Source of the DNA: Inhella sp.
GTDB lineage: Bacteria; Pseudomonadota; Gammaproteobacteria; Burkholderiales; Burkholderiaceae_C
Length of the DNA: 64,000 nucleotides
Assembly (NCBI RefSeq): GCF_027532025.1
Contig: NZ_JAPZSY010000052.1
Span: forward strand, 377 to 64,376
Direction: 5' to 3'
How positions within the stretch are numbered: position 1 is the stretch's first letter; every line of letters begins with the position of its first letter. Below the pieces are notes generated by a model. That model was not told the DNA's origin. It was given only the letters and a program-made list of their open reading frames with translations, and did not search any database. Positions 35,577 to 44,876 of this stretch are shown here, piece by piece. Both the position numbers and the translations under genes were made by a program.

Positions 35577-36380
35577 TTATCGCACCATTTCGGTGCAAAT
35601 GATCGCACCAAAAGCGTGCACACCTCGCTTGAGGGACGAGAAGGCGTCTTGCCGCTGACTGTCGCCTGAGCCTGCCTTGACGCCCAACTCGATGCAGCGT
35701 CCCCAGGTGGGGTGGTCGACGCTGGGCAGGCTGAAAACCTTGATGCCAGGGAACTCGACCTCGATGCCTTCCATCAGGGGCGTCAACTGGGCCTCGTAGG
35801 CGCCTTGGATCACCACCGACCGCTCGCGCACCTCCGCCGGGCGGGGGCGCAATCCATGCTCGTGATCGAGCACCCAAGCCATCATGGGGTGGGCCATCAC
35901 GGGGAAGCCGGGCACGAAGTGCACACGCCCCAAGCTGAACCCCGCGATGCGGTTGTAGGGGTTGGGAATCAACCGCGCCCCGGCGGGCAGTACACCCATC
36001 TCCAGCCGGCGCTGCATGTCGGGATCTTGGGGCGAAGGGGGCGGCAAGCCCCGCTCGGCCGCCATCTCGCGCGAGCGCTCCCAGATCAGGGCCTGGGCCT
36101 CAGGGTGCGCTTGGAGAGGCAGCCCCATGGCCAGGGCTGCCGCTTGGCGGGTGTGGTCGTCGGGCGTGGCGCCGATGCCGCCGCAGGCGAACACCACGTC
36201 GCTACTGGCGAAGGCCTGGCGCAGCGCGGCCGCCTGCGCGGCGCGGTCGTCGCGCACGTAGCGCGCCCAGGCCAGTTCCTCGCCCCGCTCGGCCAGCAAC
36301 TCGATCAACTTGGGTGCGTGAGCATCCTGGCGTTTGCCCGACAGCAACTCGTCGCCAAACACGATCAAACCGAGGGACAT
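35577..36380 (-). CDS. CinA-N-terminal-like molybdopterin-binding (MoCF/COG1058) domain protein
   Basis: ATG at 36380 (MSLGLIVFGDELLSGKRQD). VVFACGGIGATPDDHT is typical of the MoCF-biosynthesis/CinA N-domain. 267 aa. The upstream part of ORF 35577..37205 is a shadow of the EI24-like gene. Confidence 0.8.
   Translation of the reverse strand: MSLGLIVFGDELLSGKRQDAHAPKLIELLAERGEELAWARYVRDDRAAQAAALRQAFASSDVVFACGGIGATPDDHTRQAAALAMGLPLQAHPEAQALIWERSREMAAERGLPPPSPQDPDMQRRLEMGVLPAGARLIPNPYNRIAGFSLGRVHFVPGFPVMAHPMMAWVLDHEHGLRPRPAEVRERSVVIQGAYEAQLTPLMEGIEVEFPGIKVFSLPSVDHPTWGRCIELGVKAGSGDSQRQDAFSSLKRGVHAFGAIICTEMVR
35581..35620 (-). promoter_or_regulatory. Two NtrC enhancer sites upstream of glnA
   Basis: The minus strand reads TGCACCGAAATGGTGCG (35581-35597) and TGCACGCTTTTGGTGCG (35604-35620), against the consensus TGCACC-N5-GGTGCA. 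They lie about 100-140 nt upstream of the sigma54 element and inside the last codons of the upstream CDS. Confidence 0.7.
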
Positions 36381-37264
36381 GGGGGCTCCACAGGGGGGCT
36401 GGCCAGGGGGCGAACCTCGGCCTCGACCACATCGGCCAGCGATCGCTGCTGCTGCAGCGCCGCCAACGCGTAGTGCGCGAACCAAAGGGCAGCGAACGCG
36501 AACACCAAGGTGTACAGCCAGATGGCGATGGGCAACAGCAGGGGCGCCAGGATGACGTTGAGCGCCCCGAAGGTGAAGACCAGCGCCGGCGCCGCACCCA
36601 GATAACCGCTGGCCACCCCGATGGCCAACAGGGGCCCTCGGTGCTGACGAATGAGTTTCCGACGTTCGTCGGGACTGGCGTGGGCCGCCAACACGTCGTA
36701 CGAGAACACCCGGTAGCTCAACCAGCCCCAGATGAGGGGCGGCAGGATCAGGGCGAACGGCGGCACAAACCACAGCGGGAGGGTCAGCGCCATGGCCAAC
36801 AGGGCGATGAACGTGGCCCCCAGCGACGCGGCCAGACTGCCCCAGAAGGAGCCGCCTTGGCGCTGGGCCAAACCAGGAAATCGCCGCTCGCCCACCATCC
36901 GGGTGAGCGCCGGGGTCATCAGCGTGGCCACCAGCAGCAAGCTCAGCGCCATGATCAGCGGTGCCGACAGCATGAGCACGATGAGCGGTGCAATCACGGC
37001 GCGAAAACCACTCAGCCCCGCGCTGTCCAGCACCTTGAGCAGCGCGTCCACCAGGAACCACTGCTCCATTTGGGCGCGCACGCCGGTCACTGCGGGCTCC
37101 CAGGCCCACCAAAAGGCGCCCACGCCCAACACCACGGCCAACAGCAAAGGCAACAGCGACCAACCCACGACCCGCGGGTGCAGGCAATAAACAGCCGCGC
37201 GCCATGCGGCATCGAGCACACGGGTGGCCGGGTTGTCTTTCAGCGCGGTCTCAAGGCGTGCCAT
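36365..37264 (-). CDS. EI24/CysZ-like integral membrane protein
   Basis: ATG at 37264 (MARLETALKDNP), multiple hydrophobic spans, 299 aa. The family call is from overall pattern only. The start overlaps the upstream gene by 25 nt, so it is uncertain. Confidence 0.62.
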   Translation of the reverse strand: MARLETALKDNPATRVLDAAWRAAVYCLHPRVVGWSLLPLLLAVVLGVGAFWWAWEPAVTGVRAQMEQWFLVDALLKVLDSAGLSGFRAVIAPLIVLMLSAPLIMALSLLLVATLMTPALTRMVGERRFPGLAQRQGGSFWGSLAASLGATFIALLAMALTLPLWFVPPFALILPPLIWGWLSYRVFSYDVLAAHASPDERRKLIRQHRGPLLAIGVASGYLGAAPALVFTFGALNVILAPLLLPIAIWLYTLVFAFAALWFAHYALAALQQQRSLADVVEAEVRPLASPPVEPPCPSV

Positions 37265-38190
37265 AGGCGTTGCATCCCCAGGCGCTGCTGCGCCCAAAAG
37301 CCGGAGCCATAGTTCCGGCCGTCCAACTGATCGCGAATGCCGGTGGGCTGCAAGGGGTGGTCGAACACCGCCGTGCGCAGCAGACGGTCCCACCAGGGAA
37401 ACAGCACCCCGTAGTTGTGACCGCCACGGGAACCGGGGCCGTGAGATTCATGGCCGAGCCCGATGGCATGGTGCAAGCGGTGGAATCGTGGGCTCACCAG
37501 CCAGCGCTCGAGCGGCCCGTAACCGAGTCGCACATTGGCATGCTGCAGGCTCTCCAGACACTGCGTGAGCAGCACGATAGCCATGAATTGCCCGGGCTCC
37601 GCTCCCAGCACCAGGGCCGCACCGGCGAACACGGCCGCCCCGATGAAGTCGTCGAGCAGGTGGTTGCGGCTGTCGCTCCACTTGCCCATTTGACGCTGAC
37701 TGTGGTGCAGCGCGTGCAGCGCCCACCACCAAGCCCACCGGTGCTGGGCGCGGTGCACGGCGTACCCCAGCGCGTCGAAAACCACCAAGTAAAGCAGGAA
37801 CGATACCCAGCCGATGTCGGTCACGCCGGGCCAGATGGCATCCAGGTGCCAGGGCTGCCAGCCCCACATCCGACCCTGGGCCGCCAAGGCGTCGACGATG
37901 GGGTCGAGCGCAAAGAACAGGCCCAGGCGGAACACCCCGAGGCGGTGGATGAGGCTGTAAATCCAGTCGGTGCGGATGGCCGCGCGGTCGGTCACCGCTT
38001 CGGCCGGTCGCCAACGCTCCAACGCCCCGATGCCCACGGCGATCAGGGCCAACTGCAGCACGCCCGCCAGAAACCAACCCACGCCGTTGTAGGCCTCGGC
38101 GGACTGCGAGGCCAGGCCCAGGCCTTGGATGACAGGTTGCATGACCGTCTCGAACAGCCAGCCCTGCACCAGATCGAATCCATCCATCAT
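37240..38190 (-). CDS. Fatty acid hydroxylase / sterol desaturase-family membrane protein
   Basis: His boxes HRAQHRWAWWWALHALHH and HRLHH in a polytopic membrane protein. The start overlaps the upstream stop (ATGA). Confidence 0.85.
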   Translation of the reverse strand: MMDGFDLVQGWLFETVMQPVIQGLGLASQSAEAYNGVGWFLAGVLQLALIAVGIGALERWRPAEAVTDRAAIRTDWIYSLIHRLGVFRLGLFFALDPIVDALAAQGRMWGWQPWHLDAIWPGVTDIGWVSFLLYLVVFDALGYAVHRAQHRWAWWWALHALHHSQRQMGKWSDSRNHLLDDFIGAAVFAGAALVLGAEPGQFMAIVLLTQCLESLQHANVRLGYGPLERWLVSPRFHRLHHAIGLGHESHGPGSRGGHNYGVLFPWWDRLLRTAVFDHPLQPTGIRDQLDGRNYGSGFWAQQRLGMQRLWHALRPR

Positions 38191-38981
38191 GGCCGCATCA
38201 TCCGCGCTCCGAAGACCGGGTGCTCGCGCAGGGGCGCAAAGCGCAAGCCCCGCTCACGAAGGCCTCGCAGCAAAGGCTGCAGCACGGCCGGCGCCCACGG
38301 GTCGCGGCGCTGCCAGATGCCCAGGTGCGCCAGCAACACATCGCCCTCGCGCACGTGGCGCAGGGCGCGCGCCAACAGGGCGGCGTTGGGGTGCGTGTCG
38401 CTGTTCAACTCGTCGCCCAGAAATCCGTGGGGCGTCCAGCCCACATGGGTCCAGCCCGCGGCGGCGGCTGCGGCCAACTGCCGGGGCGATGTGCGCCCTG
38501 CGGGCGCCCGGAACAGGCGGCTCATGCGCTGCCCGGTCATGGCCTGAAAGCGCTCGGCACTGCGCTCGAGTTGCTCGGCGTACCCTCGCTCGTCCAGCAC
38601 CACGCGGCGCGGCGCTTGGCGACCGGCCTGCAGGCGAAAGCGCATGCGGCCGTCGGGCAGGTCCGCCTCCCAGATGGCGTGATCCCAGGTGTGGCTGCCG
38701 AAGTCGTGGCCCTCGGCTGCCCGCGCTCGCCACCAGGGCGCCCAAGCATCATCCAGGCTGGCGCCGCCTTCCAAGGTGGGCTCGTTGGCGAGGAAGAAAC
38801 TGGCCACCACGCCCTCGTCGCTCAACACGCGCGCGACCAAGGGCGCCACGCCCATGTGGCCGGTGTCGAAGGTCAAGTAAACCGCGCCCTTGGAGCGCGC
38901 CTGCGCCGAGGTGACGCGCCAAAGACCGAGCCCCGCGCCGAATGCCAGGGCGTGACCCAGCCAGGCGCGACGCGGAGTCAT
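38187..38981 (-). CDS. Polysaccharide deacetylase (NodB-homology) family protein, secreted
   Basis: N-terminus MTPRRAWLGHALAFGAGLGLWRVTSAQA (signal, Tat-like RR). FDTGH and HTWDH motifs. The ATG overlaps the upstream stop (ATGA). Confidence 0.82.
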   Translation of the reverse strand: MTPRRAWLGHALAFGAGLGLWRVTSAQARSKGAVYLTFDTGHMGVAPLVARVLSDEGVVASFFLANEPTLEGGASLDDAWAPWWRARAAEGHDFGSHTWDHAIWEADLPDGRMRFRLQAGRQAPRRVVLDERGYAEQLERSAERFQAMTGQRMSRLFRAPAGRTSPRQLAAAAAAGWTHVGWTPHGFLGDELNSDTHPNAALLARALRHVREGDVLLAHLGIWQRRDPWAPAVLQPLLRGLRERGLRFAPLREHPVFGARMMRP

Positions 38982-39964
38982 CGGCGGTTCAGGTGATCCA
39001 AGGTCCAGACCCCATGCGGGGAGCGGCCCACCCGCACCTGCCGCACGACCTTTCGCTGCGCCATGTCGATGACGGTCAGCTTGCGCGACCAGCGGCTCGT
39101 GACAAGCAGGGTGTTGCCGTCGGACAGCACATCCATGTCATCCGGCCCGCCAGGCGCCGGGTACTCGGCCACGATGCGCCAATCCACCATGTCCAAGCGA
39201 CTGATGGTGTTGCCCGCCCGGTTGCTGATCAGCACGTGGCGGCCGTCGCCCAGCGACCGGAAGCTGTGCGCGCCCTCCCCCGTGAAAAAACGGCCCGCGA
39301 ACTTGGGCGGCTGGTCACCCTGCAAAGCCCAGGCCTGCACGATGCGATCGCCAGTCATGGCCACCAGCAAGTGGCGCTGGTCCGGCGTCAGATACAGGTC
39401 GGCCGGCGTCTTGCCCACCGGTGCCTTCCACAAGACGTTTTGGGTGCTCAGGTCAACGGCGAGCAGCTCGTCGCTGTCTTGCATGGTGATGTAAGCCCGC
39501 CGGCTCTGGTCGTCGATGGCGATGTGGCTGGGCGTCTTGCCGCTGGGGATGCGTTTGACCAGTTCCAGAGGCTCGGCGGCTTCGGCCCCATGCCAGCGGT
39601 AGAGGTCGACGTGGTTGAGCCGGTTGGCGGCCGTCACCAGCCACTTCATGTCGGGGGAAAAGCGCAGGTGGTAGGGGTCGGCGATGCCCGTGACCGTGCG
39701 CAGCACCTGGGCCGTTTTCGGATCGACGAAGGTGAGCGAATCGCCCCGCGCATTGGCCACGATGAGCGTTTTCTCGTCGGGCGCCAGGTAGAGGTGGTGG
39801 GGCTCTTTGCCGGTGTCGATGCGCTGGCGCTCGGTCCAGGTCGCGGGGTCGATGACCGACACCGAGGCGTCGAGCGAGTTCAGCACGAACACCGGACTGC
39901 CCACAGCAGCCCAGGTGGAGGTCGCCGCGAAACAGCTCGCGGCCAGCCACATCATCCAGCGCAT
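38978..39964 (-). CDS. Secreted YncE-like beta-propeller repeat protein
   Basis: The ATG at 39964 gives the signal peptide MRWMMWLAASCFAATSTWAAVG. Repeated ~40-aa units have a G..P..L..SPD/DG..L.V.N pattern (YVTN-type). Confidence 0.78.
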   Translation of the reverse strand: MRWMMWLAASCFAATSTWAAVGSPVFVLNSLDASVSVIDPATWTERQRIDTGKEPHHLYLAPDEKTLIVANARGDSLTFVDPKTAQVLRTVTGIADPYHLRFSPDMKWLVTAANRLNHVDLYRWHGAEAAEPLELVKRIPSGKTPSHIAIDDQSRRAYITMQDSDELLAVDLSTQNVLWKAPVGKTPADLYLTPDQRHLLVAMTGDRIVQAWALQGDQPPKFAGRFFTGEGAHSFRSLGDGRHVLISNRAGNTISRLDMVDWRIVAEYPAPGGPDDMDVLSDGNTLLVTSRWSRKLTVIDMAQRKVVRQVRVGRSPHGVWTLDHLNRR

Positions 39965-39992
39965 ACGCGGGGCCTCAGCGGCCCCTCCTTGT

Positions 39993-40805
39993 TCACTCGT
40001 CGTCGCCGCCCAAGATGCCACCGAGCAATCCGCCAGCAGCCAAGCCCCCGAGGCCAGCCTGTTCAGCACGGCCGCCGCCCGTTTGCGGCGCAGCCGCAAA
40101 GATGCGCGAGGCCAAGCGACTGAAGGGCAGGCTCTGCAGCCAAACATCGCCAGGGCCGCTGAGCTTGGCCAGGAAGAGGCCCTCGCCCCCAAAGAGCGCC
40201 GTCTTGATCTTGCCGACGTACTGGATCTCGAAATCGACATTGGGCGTGTGCGCCACCAAGCAGCCGGTGTCCACCAACAGGGTCTGGCCAGGCTGCAAGC
40301 TGCGCTTGACCACGGTGCCGCCCGAGTGAACGAAGGCCAGGCCATCGCCCTCCAGCTTCTGCATGATGAAGCCCTCGCCGCCGAAGAAGCCGACGCCGAT
40401 CTTCTGCTGGAAGTGGATGCCGATCTGCACCCCGCGCGCCGCGCACAGGAATGAATCCCGTTGGCAGATGACCTTGCCGCCCATCTGCTTCAAATCCATG
40501 GCAATGATCTTGCCGGGGTAAGGCGCACCGAAGGCCACTTTGGCCTTGCTGCTGCCCTGGTTCGTGTACACCGTGGTGAACAGCGACTCGCCCGTGATCA
40601 GCCGCTTGCCAGCGCCCAGCAGCTTGCCGAAAAAGCCGCTCTGGTTCTGGCTGCCATCGCCGAACACCGCGTCCATCGAGACGCCGGCGTCCATGAAAAA
40701 CAGGCTGCCGGCTTCGCCGATGGCGGCCTCGCCGGGGTCGAGTTCGACCTCGACGAACTGCATCTCGGCGCCTTTGGTTTCGTAGTCGACAACGTCCATG
40801 GCCAT
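39993..40805 (-). CDS. TIGR00266 / AIM24 (DUF124) family protein
   Basis: ATG at 40805 (MAMDVVDYETKGAEMQFVEVELDPGEA). Characteristic beta-rich sequence with GGEGFIMQKLEGDG and GGEGLFLAKLSGPG, and a Gly-rich tail. Confidence 0.82.
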   Translation of the reverse strand: MAMDVVDYETKGAEMQFVEVELDPGEAAIGEAGSLFFMDAGVSMDAVFGDGSQNQSGFFGKLLGAGKRLITGESLFTTVYTNQGSSKAKVAFGAPYPGKIIAMDLKQMGGKVICQRDSFLCAARGVQIGIHFQQKIGVGFFGGEGFIMQKLEGDGLAFVHSGGTVVKRSLQPGQTLLVDTGCLVAHTPNVDFEIQYVGKIKTALFGGEGLFLAKLSGPGDVWLQSLPFSRLASRIFAAAPQTGGGRAEQAGLGGLAAGGLLGGILGGDDE

Positions 40806-40836
40806 GTGAACAACTCCCGGGTGAACCGCAGAAATG

Positions 40837-40864
40837 AAAAGGGGCCGGCATGTTAGCCGGCCCC
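40837..40864 (-). terminator. Intrinsic terminator after phaB
   Basis: On the minus strand: GGGGCCGGC-TAACAT-GCCGGCCCC followed by TTTT. Confidence 0.7.
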
Positions 40865-40881
40865 AACAAAACCCCAGGGGT

Positions 40882-41619
40882 TTACCCCATGTGCAACCCA
40901 CCGTTGCAGGAGAAGTCGGCGCCGGTGGTGAAGCCGCTGTCGTCGCCGGCCAGCCAGCACACGATGGAGCCGATCTCGTCGGGCGTGCCCAGGCGTTTGA
41001 CCGGGATGGTGGCGACGATCTTTTCCAGCACCTCGGGCTTGATGGCGCGGACCATGTCCGTCCCGATGTAGCCCGGGCTGACGGTGTTCACGGTCACGCC
41101 CTTGCTGGCCAGTTCCTGGGCCAGGGCCATGGTGAAGCCGTGCATGCCAGCCTTGGCGGCCGAGTAATTGGTCTGCCCAGCCTGGCCCTTTTCGCCGTTG
41201 ACCGAACTGATCTGGATGATGCGACCCCAGCCCTTTTCCACCATGCCCGGCACCACCTGCTTGGTGACGTTGAACATGCTGTTGAGGTTGGTGTCAATCA
41301 CCGCCTTCCAGTCCTCCGGGGTCATCTTGAGGAACATGCGGTCGCGCGTGATGCCGGCGTTGTTCACCAGCACGTCGATGGGGCCGTGCTCCTGAACCGC
41401 CTTCGTGAAGGCGGCCACGGTGGAGTCCCAGTCGGCCACGTTGCCGACCGAGGCGTAGAAGGTGTAGCCCAGGGCTTTTTGCTCGTCCAACCACTTGTTG
41501 AAGTCCCGGCTGGGACCGCAACCGGCGATGACCTTGAAGCCCTGCTGGTGCAGCTTTTGGCAGATGGCGGTGCCGATGCCGCCCATGCCGCCGGTGACGT
41601 ACGCAACTTTCTGGCTCAT
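40882..41619 (-). CDS. phaB: Acetoacetyl-CoA reductase
   Basis: 245 aa with YVTGGMGGIGTAI, NNAG and YSAAKAG. It aligns by eye to PhaB of Cupriavidus. GGAG SD upstream. Confidence 0.93.
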   Translation of the reverse strand: MSQKVAYVTGGMGGIGTAICQKLHQQGFKVIAGCGPSRDFNKWLDEQKALGYTFYASVGNVADWDSTVAAFTKAVQEHGPIDVLVNNAGITRDRMFLKMTPEDWKAVIDTNLNSMFNVTKQVVPGMVEKGWGRIIQISSVNGEKGQAGQTNYSAAKAGMHGFTMALAQELASKGVTVNTVSPGYIGTDMVRAIKPEVLEKIVATIPVKRLGTPDEIGSIVCWLAGDDSGFTTGADFSCNGGLHMG

Positions 41620-41646
41620 CTCATTGCTCCTGTTGGGGTTCTGATC

Positions 41647-42822
41647 TCAACGCTCGACGCACAGGGCAACGCCCATGCCACCACCGATGCACAAGGAGGC
41701 GATGCCCTTCTTGGCGTCACGGCGCTGCATCTCATGCAGCAAGGTCACGAGGATACGGGCGCCGGAAGCCCCGATCGGGTGACCCAGGGCGATGGCGCCG
41801 CCGTTCACGTTGACCTTGCTCAAGTCCCACCCCATTTGCTGGTGCACGGCGCAGGCCTGGGCCGCGAAGGCCTCGTTGATCTCCAGCAAGTCCAGATCGG
41901 CCGGCTTCCAGCCCGCGCGCTGCAACGCTTTCTGGCTGGCAGGCACCGGGCCCATGCCCATCAGTGCCGGGTCCAACCCTGCCGAGGCATAGCTGGCGAT
42001 GCGCGCCAGTGGCGTCAGGCCCAGCGCGGCAGCCTTGGCTGCGCTCATCAGCACCAAGGCGGCGGCGCCGTCGTTGATGCCAGAGGCATTGCCCGCCGTG
42101 ACGCTACCCGCCTTGTCGAACGCGGGGCGCAGGCCCGCCAGCGCCTCGGCATTGGTCTTGCGGTTGATGTACTCGTCGGCGTCGACCACGATGGGATCGC
42201 CCTTCTTCTGCGGGATGCTGACCGGGCAGATCTCGTCCTTGAACTTGCCGGCATCCTGCGCGGCTGCGGCCTTGCGCTGGCTGTCCAGCGCCAGCGCGTC
42301 TTGCTGCTCGCGGCCGATGTTGTGGGCCTTGGCCACGTTCTCGGCGGTGATGCCCATGTGGTACTGGTTGTAGACGTCCCACAGCCCGTCGTTGATCATG
42401 GTGTCGACCATGTTCCAGTTGCCCATGCGCTGACCGTCGCGGCTGCCCAAGAGCACGTGGGGGCTGGCACTCATGTTTTCCTGGCCCCCGGCGACGACGA
42501 TGTCGCTGTCGCCATCGCGGATGGCCTGGGCGGCCAACATCACGGCCTTCAGGCCCGATCCGCACACCTTGTTGATGGTCATGCCCGGCACGCTGTGCGG
42601 AAGCCCGGCCTTGATGACGGCTTGGCGCGCGGGGTTTTGGCCGCTGCCCGCGGTCAACACCTGGCCCAAGATGACCTCGCCCACCTGGGCCCCGTCGAGT
42701 TGGGCACGCTGCAAGGCGGCGCGGATGGCGGTGGCCCCCAACTCGGGGGCGCTGACCTTGGCGAGCGAGCCGCCGAACTTGCCAATCGCCGTGCGGGCGG
42801 CGGAAACGATGACGACATCCAT
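41647..42822 (-). CDS. phaA: Acetyl-CoA acetyltransferase (beta-ketothiolase)
   Basis: ATG at 42822 ([18 protein letters not shown]). Active-site [28 protein letters not shown] and CIGGGMG. Confidence 0.94.
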   Translation of the reverse strand: MDVVIVSAARTAIGKFGGSLAKVSAPELGATAIRAALQRAQLDGAQVGEVILGQVLTAGSGQNPARQAVIKAGLPHSVPGMTINKVCGSGLKAVMLAAQAIRDGDSDIVVAGGQENMSASPHVLLGSRDGQRMGNWNMVDTMINDGLWDVYNQYHMGITAENVAKAHNIGREQQDALALDSQRKAAAAQDAGKFKDEICPVSIPQKKGDPIVVDADEYINRKTNAEALAGLRPAFDKAGSVTAGNASGINDGAAALVLMSAAKAAALGLTPLARIASYASAGLDPALMGMGPVPASQKALQRAGWKPADLDLLEINEAFAAQACAVHQQMGWDLSKVNVNGGAIALGHPIGASGARILVTLLHEMQRRDAKKGIASLCIGGGMGVALCVER

Positions 42823-42866
42823 GATGAAAACGCTCTCTGAAATGAAAGTGGAGATGGGGAAAGGGG

Positions 42867-44540
42867 TCAGGCCTTTTGTTGCACGTAGCGGCCTGGGGCC
42901 GGCTCGATCGGCCGGTATTTGCGGGAACCTGGTGCCTTGGGCGCTGGCTTCACGCCGCCACCGTGACGACCCAACCATGCGGCCCAGTCACGCCACCAAC
43001 TGCCCGGGGTTTCCGTGGCCTTTTGGAGCCAAGCCTGGGGGTCGGCGGGGTGGTTTTCGGGGCCCAACCAATGCGAGCGCTTGTTCTTGCTGGCCGGGTT
43101 GATGACGCCGGCGATGTGACCACTGGCGCCGAGCACGAAACGCACCGGGCCGCGCAGCAGCTGCGTGCTGGCATAGGCTGCCTCCCAGGGCACGATGTGG
43201 TCCTCGCGGCTGCCGTACACGTAGGTGGGCACGCTGATGCGCCCCAAGTCCACTTTCTCGCCGCACACCGTCAGCTTGCCGGGCTGCTTGAGCTCATTCT
43301 GCAAGTAGGTGTGACGCAGGTACCAGCAGTACATGGGCCCGGCCATGTTGGTGCTGTCGCCATTCCAGTACAGCAGGTCGAAGGCCGGCGGCATTTCACC
43401 CTTGAGGTAGTTGCCCACGACGTAGTTCCAAACCAGGTCGTTGGGCCGCAAGAACGAGAAGGTTTGCGCCAGTTCGGCGCCCTTCAACAGGCCGGGCTTG
43501 GCCGGGTCGCCCAGCGTCAGCTCCCGGGCCTTGACGAGGTTCTCGTCCACAAAGATGTCGAGGACGCCGGTGTTGGCAAAGTCCAGCAGCGTGGTCAACA
43601 GGGTCAGACTGGCCACGGGCCGTTGACCGCGAGCAGCCAGCACCGCCAGCGCCGTGGCCAGGATGGTGCCGCCCACACAAAAGCCCAGCGCGTTGACCTG
43701 CTCGGCGCCGGTGATCTCGCGGACCACCCGCAAGGCTTCGATGGGCGCGCCTTCGATGACCTCGTCCCACGTCCAATGCGCGCACCGCTCATCCGGGTTG
43801 CGCCAACTGACCACGAACGTGCGGTGCCCGTTTTCGATGGCGTAGCGGATGAGAGAGTTCTCGGGCTGCAGGTCGAGGATGTAGTACTTGTTGATGCTGG
43901 GGGGCACCATCAGGAAGGGGCGCTCGTGCACCTCTTTGGTGAGCGGGGCGTACTCCAGCAGTTGAAAGTAGTCGTTCTCGAACACGACGCTGCCGGGCGT
44001 CGTGGCCACGTTGCGACCGACCTGGAAGGCGCTGTCGTCGGTTTGCGAGAGCTTGCCCCGCTGCACATCGGCCCACAGCAGTTGAAGGCCCTTGGCCAAG
44101 CTTTCACCCTGGGTGTCGAGCGCCTTCTTTTGGGCCTCAGGGTTGAGCGCCAAGAAGTTGCTGGGCGCGCTGGCGTCCACCATCTGTTGCACGGCGAACC
44201 GGATGCGCGCCCGGGTCTTGGGTTCGGCCTGCACGGATTCCGCCAGCTCGGTCAGCGCCCGACTGTTGAGCAAGTAGAGCTGGGCCAGGAAGCCCGAACC
44301 GCTGTCCTGCCAAGCCGGATGCGCAAAGCGGCGGTCGGACGGCGGACTCAGGTGCTGCGTCAGGGCCTCGTTCCACAGGGCCGAGGCGTTCTGCACATAG
44401 TGCTGTTGCGCACGAGCCCAGGCTTCGGGGTCGATGCGAAGCTCGCTCAGCGGCGCCAGCCCCTCAAAAGCCTTGCGCAAGGTGTCGATACCGGGAAGCT
44501 CAAAAGCGGGCGGGGTGGGCTTGCTGGTAGAACGCGGCAT
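42867..44540 (-). CDS. phaC: Class I poly(3-hydroxyalkanoate) synthase
   Basis: ATG at 44540 ([11 protein letters not shown]). Lipase box GFCVGG. PhaC-like over the full length ([22 protein letters not shown]). 557 aa. Confidence 0.92.
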   Translation of the reverse strand: MPRSTSKPTPPAFELPGIDTLRKAFEGLAPLSELRIDPEAWARAQQHYVQNASALWNEALTQHLSPPSDRRFAHPAWQDSGSGFLAQLYLLNSRALTELAESVQAEPKTRARIRFAVQQMVDASAPSNFLALNPEAQKKALDTQGESLAKGLQLLWADVQRGKLSQTDDSAFQVGRNVATTPGSVVFENDYFQLLEYAPLTKEVHERPFLMVPPSINKYYILDLQPENSLIRYAIENGHRTFVVSWRNPDERCAHWTWDEVIEGAPIEALRVVREITGAEQVNALGFCVGGTILATALAVLAARGQRPVASLTLLTTLLDFANTGVLDIFVDENLVKARELTLGDPAKPGLLKGAELAQTFSFLRPNDLVWNYVVGNYLKGEMPPAFDLLYWNGDSTNMAGPMYCWYLRHTYLQNELKQPGKLTVCGEKVDLGRISVPTYVYGSREDHIVPWEAAYASTQLLRGPVRFVLGASGHIAGVINPASKNKRSHWLGPENHPADPQAWLQKATETPGSWWRDWAAWLGRHGGGVKPAPKAPGSRKYRPIEPAPGRYVQQKA

Positions 44541-44606
44541 GCGATTCGCTCTCGAAAGCCCTGCCTCCAGGTGGAGAGAGCCCTCTAAAACTGGTGAAAA
44601 CCCGCA

Positions 44607-44876
44607 ATGTACCTCGTGGCGATCGGCTGGCTTTACGTCGCGTTCATGATGGCGCTCGCCGAGGCCTTGGCGCCTCGGGGCACGGTCCTGGGCGCCCTCA
44701 TCACCTTCCTCTTTTACGGTGTGGCGCCCACGGCCTTGCTGATGTACCTGCTGGGCACGCCCGGGCGCAAGCGACGCTTGCGGGAACAAGAACGCTTGGC
44801 GGACTCAGCCCAGCGCGATGAAGGCGGCCATGCGCCCGCTGCGGGCCCCGTCCCGCCGGAAGCTGAAAAACCGTGA
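44607..44876 (+). CDS. Possible small two-TM membrane protein
   Basis: 89-aa ORF whose N-terminal 50 aa form two hydrophobic spans. It has a weak RBS, and its 3' end overlaps the convergent pgeF-like gene by 72 nt. Confidence 0.35.
   Translation: MYLVAIGWLYVAFMMALAEALAPRGTVLGALITFLFYGVAPTALLMYLLGTPGRKRRLREQERLADSAQRDEGGHAPAAGPVPPEAEKP

Noticed and set aside
36381-37205. 542-aa ORF fusing an N-terminal 275 aa to the CinA-N-like protein
   Set aside because: The upstream part is an out-of-frame shadow of the EI24-like membrane gene. The CinA-like homology starts at the ATG at 36380.
44607-44876. Confident annotation of the 89-aa ORF upstream of phaC
   Set aside because: It is kept only as a low-confidence feature. 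The hydrophobic N-terminus is suggestive, but the RBS is weak and the 72-nt convergent overlap with the pgeF-like gene argues for caution.
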